A stretch of 63,867 nt of DNA, counting the filler, from Octopus bimaculoides (taxonomy: Eukaryota), in the NCBI RefSeq assembly GCF_001194135.2. It is 5 parts of 4 records of this genome, joined end to end, with 100 filler letters (N's around TTAATTAATTAA, not from the genome) between each part and the next. Parts side by side here need not be neighbours in the genome. Positions count along the whole stretch, not along the records: positions 1 to 22,038 come from NC_068983.1; positions 22,139 to 32,432 come from NC_068995.1; 3 more parts are not named here. One strand, 5' to 3'. Within the stretch, counting starts at the first letter, position 1. Each line of letters opens with the position of its first letter. A program made the translations under genes and the position numbers. Shown here in pieces: positions 13,138 through 26,360 of this stretch. The notes beneath the pieces were generated by a model, which ran no database searches, was not told the origin of the DNA, and saw only the letters and a list, made by a program, of their open reading frames with translations.

Positions 13138-13941
13138 CTGCGGCTATATATGCTTATATATAGTAATAGATTTTAGATTTTCTGACCTTCGGCATAATTG
13201 AATTAGTCATTCGCGTGAAGGTTGTACACATGTGGCGTGAAACTAATGGTAGCAGATGCAGATGAGAAAATATGAATTCTATTAGTAATAGACTCTCATG
13301 AGATTCATTACTTTTGTGTTGACCTCTTATATATATTCTATTCAAACATATGTCTATATATATATGTGTGTGTATGTGTGTGTGTGTGTTATCTGCTGAG
13401 ACACAGTTATAAACTTAACTTTAAATTCACTAGCATAACTTCAAGAGATACACATTTAAGCTGCATATTAAACTAGAAAGATTTAAGATATAGCAGATAT
13501 ACAGAATGGCGAACAATTTGCTTATATACAGACAATAATAAAAAGACACCAAAAGAGTTTACTTGAGGCATTTGTACAGATGTTAGAACTGATAGATAGC
13601 GAGAGAGAGAGGGGGGTGGAAACAAAGAAGCAGACAAACGAACAAAAAATACTTTAAAGTTATCGATTAACAATGTAATGTACAGCAAACACACCATTTG
13701 CATCTTTGCTCATGAGAATTGGTCATGACGCATATTTTTAACTAAAATATTGAAAACTCGGTGTCTCTTCAAATTAAGGCAAAATATGTATTCAAAAAGC
13801 GTACGCATGCAAATTTACATACACACATGCAGACACGCACACTCATACACACACATATTCACACACGACACACACACACACATATACATACCTATACATA
13901 TACATATATTTATATTTACATGTAAGTCTATATATATGAGA

Positions 13942-13979
<38 letters not shown>

Positions 13980-14757
13980 ATATTTATATATATATATACA
14001 CACACACATAAATATATATATTTATGTATATCTATATATCTATATATATAACTATACANNNNNNNNNNNNNNNNNNNNNNNNNNNNNNNNNNNNNNNNNN
14101 NNNNNNNNNNNNNNNNNNNNNNNNNNNNNNNNNNNNNNNNNNNNNNNNNNNNNNNNNNNNNNNNNNNNNNNNNNNNNNNNNNNNNNNNNNNNNNNNNNNN
14201 NNNNNNNNNNNNNNNNNNNNNNNNNNNNNNNNNNNNNNNNNNNNNNNNNNNNNNNNNNNNNNNNNNNNNNNNNNNNNNNNNNNNNNNNNNNNNNNNNNNN
14301 NNNNNNNNNNNNNNNNNNNNNNNNNNNNNNNNNNNNNNNNNNNNNNNNNNNNNNNNNNNNNNNNNNNNNNNNNNNNNNNNNNNNNNNNNNNNNNNNNNNN
14401 NNNNNNNNNNNNNNNNNNNNNNNNNNNNNNNNNNNNNNNNNNNNNNNNNNNNNNNNNNNNNNNNNNNNNNNNNNNNNNNNNNNNNNNNNNNNNNNNNNNN
14501 NNNNNNNNNNNNNNNNNNNNNNNNNNNNNNNNNNNNNNNNNNNNNNNNNNNNNNNNNNNNNNNNNNNNNNNNNNNNNNNNNNNNNNNNNNNNNNNNNNNN
14601 NNNNNNNNNNNNNNNNNNNNNNNNNNNNNNNNNNNNNNNNNNNNNNNNNNNNNNNNNNNNNNNNNNNNNNNNNNNNNNNNNNNNNNNNNNNNNNNNNNNN
14701 NNNNNNNNNNNNNNNNNNNNNNNNNNNNNNNNNNNNNNNNNNNNNNNNNNNNNNNNN

Positions 14758-14909
14758 GTGAAAGAGCACACCAGGGTTCACTGCCACCCCCTGCCGGACC
14801 CTTGTGGAGCTTTAGGTGTTTTCGCTCAACACTCAAACGCCCGGTCTGGTAATCAAAACCACGATCCAACGACCGTGAGTCCGCTACCTTAACCAATTGG
14901 CCATTGCAC

Positions 14910-14910
<1 letters not shown>
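14758..14910 (-). mobile_element. 5' part of SINE family B (cut by gap)
   Basis: Matches 16545-16700 (GCTTTAGGTGTTTTCGCTCAA..ACGCCCGGTCTGG.AATC.AAACC). Confidence 0.8.
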
Positions 14911-14968
<58 letters not shown>

Positions 14969-15428
14969 CACACATATAAAGTTATACACATAGATATATA
15001 CACAATTATCACAGTCAATACATATATATATAATTGTATGCTTGCATTTGTATGTATGTACGTATGTATATATGTATATATGTATGCATGTATGTATGTA
15101 TTATGTATGTTTGTATGTATGTATGTATGTGTGCATTATCTGAATTAGAATTTATTAGCACGTGGAGAAATTAATATTCGTTTTTATAAACGACGGTAAT
15201 TTCAAAGTTTCTTTGGTAATTGTGTTACATGTGAAGCGTACTTTAATGTTTTTACTCTACGGTATATTGATAAGTTTCATTAGCTGGAAAAGAATATAGT
15301 CATAGCATGAATTCAATTAAGGAAAAAAAACTATTCAAATATAGGGAACCTTAGAATATCTCAGTATAGGATGCTGTCTCTTCAGATATACGGGATGGGT
15401 TAGTCAACTTCATCAGTATGCCACACCA

Positions 15429-15478
<50 letters not shown>

Positions 15479-15739
15479 ATACACACACGCAAATATTTGT
15501 GTGTATGCTTATGTATGTATGAACGCAAGTATGTATCGGTGCTAAACAGTGATTAGGCATAAGTGAACTTTAGGATAGTCAAAAATAAATCTGTAGCAGG
15601 TGACTATTTTATCTGACTTTAACGATACTATACACATAATAAAATCACTCGTGGACTGACACACACAAATGCATGTGTGTGCGTGCGTATGTGTGCGTTT
15701 GCGTGCGTGCGTGAGTGCGTGTGTGTGTGTGTGTGCGTG

Positions 15740-15785
<46 letters not shown>

Positions 15786-16309
15786 TGATCATATGTATCT
15801 GTAATATCCACATTCCCACGAACACGCACACAAGCGAAAAAGCAAAGTCAAAACTACAGATCCATTACCAGTCTTCTTACTGTTTACAAAGCCTTAACTG
15901 CAATAATATAGAAGCGGGTAAATAATTACCTGAAAATAGGAAATAAAAAGCTCACTTCTTTAGAAAAAACATAGACCGAAACTATTGCTACAGAAGCTTT
16001 TACGATTATAAAGATCAATTATTGCTCAACATGTCGCATGCAGAGATTTGTAGAGGAAAGAAGAGCCTCGGCATGGCATAGGGTTGACTAGTAGATTTCT
16101 TTACCTTATTCTTTGGAAGGGGTGCGGGAAAACATGTTAAAGAAGAGAGTAAATCAATGATAATCAGTGATAAGCGGAATATATGTAACATTTCATGCAG
16201 ATATAAGCAAAAGTGTCAATTATTACAGTAGATTTCAGTAATCGGTTTATCGATATTGTCATATGGATGATAAGAAATGTAGCAAATTTAAAATATCATG
16301 ATTATATTT

Positions 16310-16704
16310 GTTGTTGTTGTTGGCACTCCGTCGCTTACGACGTCGAGGGTTCCAGTTGATCCGATCAACGGAACAGCCTGCTCGTGAAGTTAACGTGCTA
16401 GTGGCTGAGCACTCCACAGATACGTGTACCCTTAACGTAGTTCTCGGGGATATTCAGCGTGACACAGTGTGACAAGGCTGACCCTTTGAATTACAGGCAC
16501 AACAAAAACAGGAAGTAAGAGTGAGTTGTGAGAAAGTTGTGGTGAAAGAGTACAGCAGGGTTCGCCACCATCCCCAGCCGGAGCCTCGTGGGGCTTTAGG
16601 TGTTTTCGCTCAATAAACACTCACAACGCCCGGTCTGGGAATCGAAACCGCGATCCTATGACCGCGAGTCCGCTGCCCTAACTACTGGGCCATTGCGCCT
16701 CCAC
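16310..16704 (-). mobile_element. Full-length tRNA-derived SINE family B with 13-bp TSD
   Basis: Head GGAGGCGCAATGGCCCAGTAGTTAGGGCAGCGGACTCGC..GGTTTCGATTCCC and (CAA)n tail. Flanked by CATGATTATATTT at 16297-16309 and 16705-16717. Nearly identical to 23084-23474. Confidence 0.92.
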
Positions 16705-16849
16705 CATGATTATATTTAGAATACACATAACTTACGATATCAGCCACAGAAACATTTTACTCATGAATACAAATTTTCAGGGTTTTCTTAAAAACGATAT
16801 AACCACGTGAAGCAGCTAGAAACGTTTTAAATATACAGTTTGGGACTTG

Positions 16850-17610
16850 GTAAATATCGAGGGAAGAATATTGTTAAACGAAAACAATACACAATAAACA
16901 GGCACAAAAGGAAACGTGTTGCCTTTGATCAAAGAAGCCAACAAATATAAAGCAGAGACTGAGATAACCGTATGAAGGAAGCAGCACAGATTTTGAGAAA
17001 CATTCTTAAAATACGGGATGAAAGTGTTTCTCAACAATTTATCCTATGATGATGGAAAGAGAAATCCTTAATAAATAACTTGATTAATAAGGAGAGAAAA
17101 AAATAACAAAGTGATCTCCATGTGGACTGAGATGCATATGTCTTGAATTTAAAAGGAGGGTTTTCAACGTTGCACGATAACAAAGTCTTTGAGATGTATA
17201 AAAAATGTTTAATGAAACAATAAAATAATGCCAAGACAATTAGGAAGACACTGTTTATACCACTGTTTCTGTTCAAAGCAAAACACGCGGAGGGTTATAA
17301 CGTTGGAGCTTCCAAACACTGCAAATCACTTTTGGATTGGGAACTACCAGCATAAAAGAAATATTATTAACACACACAGCAGGAGAAACCAAAGATGTTA
17401 GCAAAATATTAGACATATATATATATCAAACTGGTGAGTCAGATCAAGGAAGTCGACCGGATATAGAATCAAGGGCAACCAGGAGAGGAAGTTAATAATC
17501 CTGATCAAATTATCAATCCAAACAGACCATGTAACTCTAACGGAAATGGGGAACTTATGCAAATATACAGTCGAACCAAATGTGGGGATCAAAAAGAGAT
17601 CGGAACGGTA
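16850..17610 (+). mobile_element. Highly degraded RLE LINE (R4/HERO-type) 3' region
   Basis: Remnant peptides LIKEANKYKAE, SIQTDHV and LTEMGNLCKY..MWGSK resemble SLKEMEKLSKYKDL..RMWNLK at 22140. Confidence 0.4.
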
Positions 17611-17854
17611 ATGATGATGATGATGATGATGATGATGACGATGGTGATGGTGGTGGTGGTGGTGGTGGTGGTGNNNNNNNNNNNNNNNNNNNNNNNNNNN
17701 NNNNNNNNNNNNNNNNNNNNNNNNNNNNNNNNNNNNNNNNNNNNNNNNNNNNNNNNNNNNNNNNNNNNNNNNNNNNNNNNNNNNNNNNNNNNNNNNNNNN
17801 GGCGGCGGCGATGGTGGTGGTGGTGAAGAATATGATGATGACGATGATGATGAC

Positions 17855-17913
<59 letters not shown>

Positions 17914-17940
17914 TGATGATGATGATAATAATAATAATGT
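17611..17940. repeat. (GAT)/(GGT)/(AAT) compound microsatellite with gap
   Basis: Direct inspection. Confidence 0.95.
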
Positions 17941-18229
17941 AATTTCATTTTTATTTGCCAAGGTGTTCTGGATGAGGGGAGACATTACAAGAACTATTAA
18001 AAATTTGCGAAAGGTAAATAAAAGGATGAGTGAAGAGGGGGCGAAAATGAGATGAAAAGTATACAATGTATAGAAAATATGTGAACACATCGATGATGTA
18101 GTCCTCCTGATATATAACTTCCTCCTAAGCCAATCAATAAACCCCACATATTTGAGATTATCTCATGCACCAAAGGTACAAACCCTCTCCGTCTGGTTTT
18201 CACATACCTATAGGCCTATGCTTAGTACA

Positions 18230-18790
18230 TTTCTATTCACGCTTACAGTTTTTTTTTTCCAGTCACCCACCTTTTGAAAACTTTGCTGGGGGAGAATAAG
18301 TCTCTCTGTATCCTTTCCTTTCTAAGTGGCTGAAGAGGAAAATGTGTCTTCGTTCGATTCTTTCAAACTCCACCACAGTTTCTTTTGCTATGGACTCTAG
18401 AACACCGCTAGCCCTGCCTCGTTAAAAGCGTGTGGTGGCGGATTTGTCCGACATGCAGTAACAGCTATACAGTGTAAGTCATCAATGTTCGGAGTTTGCA
18501 CAAATGCATGTAATATGGTTTCGGCGCTTTGTGGGGACTCAGATAGTCGGGTCTGGTGATACATCTTTTTTCTATATATTTTATCTTGAACTTGTAGTGC
18601 CCTTCGATAAATCTGCTAATCTAAAGATTTCTGGAAGCTCTCTATATTAAATTTCGGCCTCAGAGACCTCCGAAACAGATCAGCTATTGTATCCTCTTCG
18701 ATGCTGTTTCCCCATGAATGTCATCTTATTTACTCGCCACTAGATCGCTGCATATTGCTTACGTGGAACATCCATGGCACATATTACCCA
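18230..18790 (-). mobile_element. Tx1/L1-clade LINE ORF2 3' fragment, pseudogenic
   Basis: Remnants DLFRRSL..SFQKSLD*QIYRRALQVQDKIYRK, SAETILHAFVQ (degenerate zinc-knuckle ETxxH) and terminal KVFKRWV. Confidence 0.55.
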
Positions 18791-18978
18791 ACTAGTACTG
18801 GGACGTTAGAGTTCCTTGTCCAGCAATTTAGAAACGAAATAAATATATTGAATATTTATTAGTGTCATACGTAGACGAACGATTCAAATTCGAAAAGTTA
18901 ATTAGTACTACCTTAATATTTTTCTCTCACCACTAGTATACATGCATATACGCACGTGTGTTTGAGTGTGTGTGTGTG

Positions 18979-19054
<76 letters not shown>

Positions 19055-19440
19055 TGTGTCTGTGTTAGTACGTAAGCTCTCGAGTATATATAAGAATCTC
19101 CCTGTAGGTGAAAAGAAACTCCCCGTAGGTGAACAAGAACGCTAGATGTCGATATTATTAGTTATCCTCAGTTGTTTAAATATGTAAGTAAGACACAAAA
19201 TATCAGCAAAAAATAATACTGCAATTCCATCACTTATCAATGATAGGTGTTTCATATAAATCATTTAAGATGAGATGTAATAAAATATATATACAACTAT
19301 ATCCTGAAGTTTAGGAGTAGTAAAATATAAATTGGATTTCCATCAGATCGAGTCGAAACAATAATTATTTCAAAGAACATATTTGAAAAGCAGATAGTTA
19401 CAAAATTTCTATAAGAGATGAAAGTAGTAACAATACCGAG

Positions 19441-19665
19441 AAGTAATGTTAATCGCCACTTCAACAAAGTTGTTCCGTAGGAACCAACGTTACTATCGAG
19501 GCAATTCGCACCCGATATATTTTACAATATATATCGGGTGATACTTGCAATATATCTTGTGCAGATTGCATTAATAACTAGAGGAGGCGTCCTCCTATGG
19601 CTAAAAACGGCAGCAACGTTGGTTTCTACAGAACAGCAATGTTGAAGCCGTGAAAAACATTACTT
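19441..19665. mobile_element. Palindromic MITE-like element with internal hairpins
   Basis: 19441-19497 is an imperfect inverted repeat of 19609-19665. There is an internal perfect 12-bp stem CACCCGATATAT/ATATATCGGGTG (19509-19540). Confidence 0.7.
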
Positions 19666-22082
19666 CTATTGTTGAAAAATATTACTAAAATAGTATATTT
19701 GATCACTGTTCTAATATGTACGAAGGGGATTATTCTAATCAAATCATTAGTAACATATTAGCCTATGAACTGCAAAAGGCAGAGCACGTATATTAAAATA
19801 GTAGTGAGAAATTCATTAGATGTTAAATTACAATATATATTGAGTTATTAATTCTATATTCATGAAAATATTGAATTCATTGTAGAACAAGTCCAACTTT
19901 TAAACGTGTACAATGTATCTCTCACATATCACGTTATTCAACACAACACTCAAGCAAACTCAAGAATTATTTTTTATACATTGGTGATACTGATGATTAA
20001 AGCTACTGATTGGTGTGTAGAGAAGTTATAGTAACGTAGGTCATATCACGACAGGAATATTGGAACAAGTATATTGTTGTTAATAAGAAGCATACTTGTA
20101 AGTCGTTAACAGGAAGTAAGTACTGAATCAGTTTCTTCTTTCCTGACAGTATTTTATCAAAATTTGCAGTGAAATTAAAACTCAAATCAAAATTATCTTT
20201 AAAAATGTAAAATTTCGAAACACGCGTTATAAATTCAATCCTTCTAAATTATATTTTCAGATCGGTTTAGATTTGTCATATTAAATAAAAGAACTCAAAT
20301 TTTAGTTCATAGCAGAGACAAGAACTAAACGTAACATGAGTACATATCAATTCATGTTACTGAGCTGTCAAATATGAATGTGCTAATAACATTTAATTGA
20401 CATAATATAGAAGCAGATACTTAATATTAATTACGTTTATAAGATGCCAAGTTATGAATTAAACAAATAAACAAACCAACATGAGTATTTAACATGAAAC
20501 AATATTAGTTTTAATTTATGCTTTCAGATCAAATCTGACACCAAAATTTAATTGAATAACAGAAGCGATATAGAAGCTAGTGAAACATAAAAGATACATC
20601 TGTTATTTGTTGTCAGCAAAAGAGAACAGTATATCAACTATTTTACTTCATGAAAAAGAAATATATCTCGACTAAAATCTACAGCAGGATCAAGTCTGTG
20701 GGAAGGAAAAATAAGACGTATTTCAAAAATATATGCTTACACATGCAAAAAAAATAAAAAGATTAATAAAGCAAAATTGACAAAATAAAACATTGTTCTA
20801 AGCAACAAAATTTAAAAATGAAACTGTAGGAAACATATCGTTAATCTTTGTAGAAAGTCAAAACAAAAGGAAAACTATGAAAAACGTTACCACAAAACTT
20901 GATTCAATATTGAGATAGAAAATGACCTTTTCAATTTGGAAATACATTTTCAGATTATTCTGTTTAGAATGCTCCGTGCTCTCAATATAATAGTTTCGAA
21001 ATTAAGTGAAATGATATTCATAGGCAGGAAAACAATCACAAATAAAACAGATATTAGAATCCTATATACAAATTTTCTGTTGACAAAGTATATCTATTTG
21101 GTATTTAATGAAAAAGGGAATGCATTCAGACAGAAAATTTCTACAAAATAACGATTTTCCTAAAGACATATAATCGGGAAATCTCTTCAGTAATCTAAAG
21201 ATACATTAGTGTAGTTATAAATGGCTGTTATTTATTGGTTAAGTGCCTGTCTGGCCGCAAGTATACGATATATAATTTGAATATTAAATATTGCATTAAT
21301 GTAATCCATTGCCCTCTTTCCTGTTAATTAAGGACAAACTTATGTGTCATAAATGCGTAAATTCACATAGACACAAAAAAGCACTTTCATATTCTTGAAC
21401 ACTCACACTCGTTTATCTTCATAGCCATACAAAGCAGACGCAATTTCTACAGACAGATGCTTGTGTACACATAATCTAAGATATATACAGAGATGTGAAA
21501 CTTCCTGTCTTCATTTTTAAATATTTAGGATCTGTTTACTTACGTTGCACTATATATCGAGTGTGTATGCGTGTGTGAGTGTGTGTATGTGTGTAAGTGT
21601 CTGTATATGCGTATGCGCGTGTGGGTGTGTGAATGTGTATGTGTACGTGTACTAATGGGTGTCTGTAAATTTATGTTGGTTTTGACATACAGCGAATGAT
21701 ACACAGAGGAAAAAACGACTTGTGAAAAAGAATGTGTGAATTCATGTGTGCAAATATATAGATAGATAGATAGATTCATACATACATACATACATACATA
21801 CATACATACATACATACACACATACATACATGCATATACACACATATATACACACACCAACACTCACACATATATATACATTTTTATAAACAGTCAAGCG
21901 CAATGTGTTACCATAAAGGAAAAATATAATTGTCACTAAATGCAACTCATGGCGTCAAAATGACTACACTGCTAGAAATAAGAGCTAAAGTACTCGAATG
22001 CTCTAGTAATAGCATATAATTTTATACCGATTCGAGACNNNNNNNNNNNNNNNNNNNNNNNNNNNNNNNNNNNNNNNNNNNN

Positions 22083-22094
22083 TTAATTAATTAA
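22083..22094. other. Artificial scaffold-joining spacer TTAATTAATTAA
   Basis: Palindromic 12-mer with stops in all six frames, flanked by N runs. Identical at four places. Confidence 0.85.
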
Positions 22095-22138
22095 NNNNNN
22101 NNNNNNNNNNNNNNNNNNNNNNNNNNNNNNNNNNNNNN

Positions 22139-22500
22139 CAGCAGATGACAACGTTTCTCTAAAAGAAATGGAAAAACTTTCAAAATACAAAGACCTGGAA
22201 ATAGAGGTAACTCGAATGTGGAATCTAAAAACAGAAACAATTCCTATCATAGTAGGTGCCTTAGGTATAAGAAAAAAATATTCAGACAAATACATAACAA
22301 AAACACCAGGACTTACAAATATATATAACATACAGAAAATTGCACTACTGGGCACTGCGCACGTCCTACGCAAAACACTTTCAATAGAGTAACCATAAGA
22401 GCATCACAGCAAACCACAGCAAACCACAGCACATACTCAAGGCACACAGAGCTGCGCTCGGTAGTGAAGTGAAAGCACGTTATAAAAATAAAACTACTGG
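22139..22500 (+). mobile_element. RLE non-LTR retrotransposon (R4/Dong/HERO-type) 3' end with 3' UTR
   Basis: ORF 22168-22392 reads MEKLSKYKDLEIEVTRMWNLKTETIPIIVGALG..QKIALLGTAHVLRKTLSIE* (KxxKY and PxxxGALG motifs). The 3' UTR runs into (TAA)n. Confidence 0.88.
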
Positions 22501-22544
22501 ATAATAATAATAATAACAATAATAATAATAACAGCATATAAAAA

Positions 22545-22715
22545 TACTTTAGGAATGAGAACCCAGGTTCGAAATTTCTCCAAGACACCTGACGAAGGCT
22601 CGAGGGTATCTCAGCCGAAACGTTGCGTTTACAACAAACAAGATGAGGACAAATATCCGTCAGTTGTAAATAATGTAAATAATGTACATAATTTCTCATC
22701 TCTTTAATATAGAAC
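22545..22715 (+). mobile_element. PLE terminal repeat, copy 3
   Basis: Same family as 60-222 (GAATGAGAACCCAGGTTCGAAATT..GACACCTGACGAAGGCT..AGCCGAAACGTT..GATGAGGACAAATA). Confidence 0.7.
22584..22629 (+). ncRNA. Minimal type I hammerhead ribozyme motif
   Basis: GACAC-CUGACGA-A-GGCU(C)GAG..CUC-AGCC-GAAA-CGUU-GCGUU. The core is intact and stem I has one mismatch. Confidence 0.55.
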
Positions 22716-23083
22716 TGTATAATCTATATTATTATTTACAAAATGACGGACCACATATGGTGCATATCTGTTGTGTGGAAGTAGCTCTTGGTTGGCTCTT
22801 AACGGACTGTGCCACAATATACAAATAGATACACTTATATACACATACATATATATACACACATACATATGCATATACACATAGACACACACATACATAT
22901 ATAAAAAATACACATATATACATGCATATATACCTACATACATATATACATATATACATATAAATATATACATATTATTATAGAAACTTCCATAGATATA
23001 CGTGTACATATACATATAGATTCTCATACCCATACGCATACAAATATATACGCACATATACATATATACATGTACATATCCAT

Positions 23084-23474
23084 TGTTGTTGTTGTTGGCA
23101 CTCCGTCGCTTACGACGTCGAGGGTTCCAGTTGATCTGATCAACGGAACAGCCTGCTCGTGAAATTAACGTGCAAGTGGCTGAGCACTCCACAGACACGT
23201 GTACCCTCAACGTAGTTCTCGGAAATATTCAGCGTGACACAGTGTGACAAGGCTGACCCTTTGAATTACAGGCACAACAGAAACAGGAAGTAAGAGTGAG
23301 AGAAAGTTGTGGTGAAAGAATACAGCAGGGTTCGCCACCATCCCCTGCCGGAGCCTCGTGGAGCTTTAGGTGTTTTCGCTCAATAAACACTCACAACGCC
23401 CGATCTGGGAATCGATACCGCGATCCTATGACGGCGAGTCCACTGCCCTAACCACAGGGCCATTGCGCCTCCAC
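23084..23474 (-). mobile_element. Full-length SINE family B with 10-bp TSD
   Basis: Near-identical to 16310-16704. Flanked by ACATATCCAT at 23074-23083 and 23475-23484. Confidence 0.92.
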
Positions 23475-23756
23475 ACATATCCATATATATACAGATATAT
23501 ACATACACACCTAGATATACATACATATGTATATATACATACCCCCACATATATATATATACACACATATGCATACATACACACATGCGCAGACATACAT
23601 ATATACACATATATACATAAATATACATATCCATATCTATACACATATATACATATACATATATATATATATATATATAGATTCAAGGCTTGAATATGGT
23701 ACTTATGCGAAGGCACCCCGAATATCGCATCCCAAAAGGATGGGTGAATAAAATCA

Positions 23757-23864
23757 AACAATAAGCAACACGGATTTCAAAAGTGATTGCAGTACGCACG
23801 TTTCATGAAGTAGCATGAAACGTGCGTACTGCAATCACTTTTGAAATCCGTGTTGCTTATTGTT
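23757..23864. repeat. Perfect 51-bp inverted repeat with 6-nt loop, ending at a gap
   Basis: 23757-23807 is the exact reverse complement of 23814-23864, with loop AAGTAG. Confidence 0.95.
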
Positions 23865-24264
23865 NNNNNNNNNNNNNNNNNNNNNNNNNNNNNNNNNNNN
23901 NNNNNNNNNNNNNNNNNNNNNNNNNNNNNNNNNNNNNNNNNNNNNNNNNNNNNNNNNNNNNNNNNNNNNNNNNNNNNNNNNNNNNNNNNNNNNNNNNNNN
24001 NNNNNNNNNNNNNNNNNNNNNNNNNNNNNNNNNNNNNNNNNNNNNNNNNNNNNNNNNNNNNNNNNNNNNNNNNNNNNNNNNNNNNNNNNNNNNNNNNNNN
24101 NNNNNNNNNNNNNNNNNNNNNNNNNNNNNNNNNNNNNNNNNNNNNNNNNNNNNNNNNNNNNNNNNNNNNNNNNNNNNNNNNNNNNNNNNNNNNNNNNNNN
24201 NNNNNNNNNNNNNNNNNNNNNNNNNNNNNNNNNNNNNNNNNNNNNNNNNNNNNNNNNNNNNNNN

Positions 24265-24307
<43 letters not shown>

Positions 24308-24552
24308 TATGTATACATATACACATGCATATACACATGCATATACACATACATATATACATGTACATTTATATACACACGCTCTAGCGCATACATATGC
24401 ATAACGATATATCGATGGCATCTAATAAATACGTAACAACATATGCCCATGTATACAAGCGCTTACATCCATATACACAAACACATAGTTATTCATATAT
24501 ACACATATATGTACACTTATAAATGTATACATACGAGTACACATACACACAC

Positions 24553-24880
24553 TTAATAACATTTTCTAAACACGTATTTGGAATAGTGTGTACAAGATAG
24601 GACACTCTCACGTCTTTCATTAAGCAATTTCTTCTTAGATGTTAATATCTGATATAATTCATCTATACACAAGTTGCATCTAGCATCATCATTAATTTTA
24701 TACGATCTAACATGATTAAGTATTTTCCAATTTATTTTGTAAGATTTCTTACTATCTTTCAATCCCCAAATTAGTTTACTTAGACTAGTACTGTAAAGCC
24801 TATCTCCATTCCTATGGGTGTATTCATGGTTTGCTATTGTTTCTTTTTAAATAAAATTCTCCGCAGACGCTATGTAAAAA
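24553..24880 (-). mobile_element. Naiad-type PLE GIY-YIG C-terminal fragment
   Basis: FFYIASAENLFK..YSTSLSKLIWGLKDSKKSYKINWKILNHVRSYKINDDARCNLCIDELYQILTSKKKLLNERRESVLSCTHYSKY, with WKIL, CNLC and LLNxRxE..CxH motifs. Confidence 0.8.
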
Positions 24881-25074
24881 AAAATTCTTCGTTCCGAATC
24901 CACCCTACATGTATATACACATATGAGATGACGAAGGAATAAACAATTATCTTATGAAGTTCATTAGCTTACTGCTGCTTCTGCTATATAATGCAGTGGA
25001 CTCTTAGTTGAGTACCTGAGTAACACTTTATAGCTTCATCGGAGCCTCGACTATGAAGTGAAATTTTTATATAT

Positions 25075-25210
25075 TGTGTGGTTAAGAAGTTTATTTCGCA
25101 ACACTCACAGGGCTTTACGTTTAGTCCTATTTCGTAAGACTGGGGTCAGTGTCTTCTGTTATAATCTCGGATTGATCAATGTCATGTGGGTCAGTTTGAT
25201 AGATGGAAGG
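25075..25210 (+). mobile_element. Degenerate SINE family C head
   Basis: TGTGTGGTTAAGAAGTTT..CAGTGTCTTCTGTTATA..GTTTGATAGATGGAA resembles the family C 5' half. Confidence 0.45.
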
Positions 25211-25306
25211 TATATTTGAAATCCCTGTTACTTACATACATACACATACGCACGCACACACAGACACAGACCACATATATAGGGTCAGACAAACAAACAG
25301 ACATAC

Positions 25307-25350
<44 letters not shown>

Positions 25351-26308
25351 TGTTGTGTCTGGGGAGAGTCATTTTCTTATTGTGCCTTAAAATTTAACAG
25401 ACATCCTTTTAAAAGACATCCATTTATCTATATGTTATGCTAAATGTATGCCATTTTTGGATGGTGAAAAAGTCTGTTCTTAATTTGGCAGGCTACGTCT
25501 CCACTTCACTGCTTCAGCTGACAGAGTAACATTATCTCACTTTCAGTCTCTCATTGTAATGTATGGAGACACTATGTTGTCAACAACATGTTACAATATC
25601 ACTAACTTCATCAATATATGACTAAACCTGGATTTCATTCCATTTTTTTTTCACACACTTTGCTATCGATTATACAGATGATTCCAAACATGGCCTCTAA
25701 AGATAACTTCTTTTAATACAATATTTATGCGTACATTTTCATACGTTTCTCGATGTAAAAATAACTTCCTTTGACACACACACACACGGTAAAACGTCTG
25801 TACGAATTATGTCATTTATTGCTGTGTGCACTCGCAAAATTACACCTCAAATCCAATTGAAATTACATTTTTCTATTCTGTAACTCATGTTTGTGATGAG
25901 CGTACTTAAAAATGTGGTTTTCGATATAAACTTTAAAAGGGCGTTTCACTAGAAATCTTGTCCTTCGCCTGTTGTTTCTAGCTTGTCCGAGGTGACATTT
26001 GCGCCCCGCCTTATTTTTTTTCCTACATTTCTTCCGATTCCTATGCTTTCGAATGAGGAGATTAGGATTTCGCCCGCAAAACACGTTCTCAATACTTAAG
26101 AAACACTGAAATCTCCTTCCTCACTTTCAAAAAGGTACAAATTCTACGCATACGTGAAACATCAAGCGACATTGAAACATTGGGAGTTTGTAGCTGATTC
26201 TGCCCATAAGAAAGGAACAAATAATACAATGCGACTGGTGATCATAACAGCCGGGCAACGCCGGGATGCATTGCCAGTATGTGTGTGTGTGTGTGTGTGT
26301 GTGCACGC

Positions 26309-26360
<52 letters not shown>

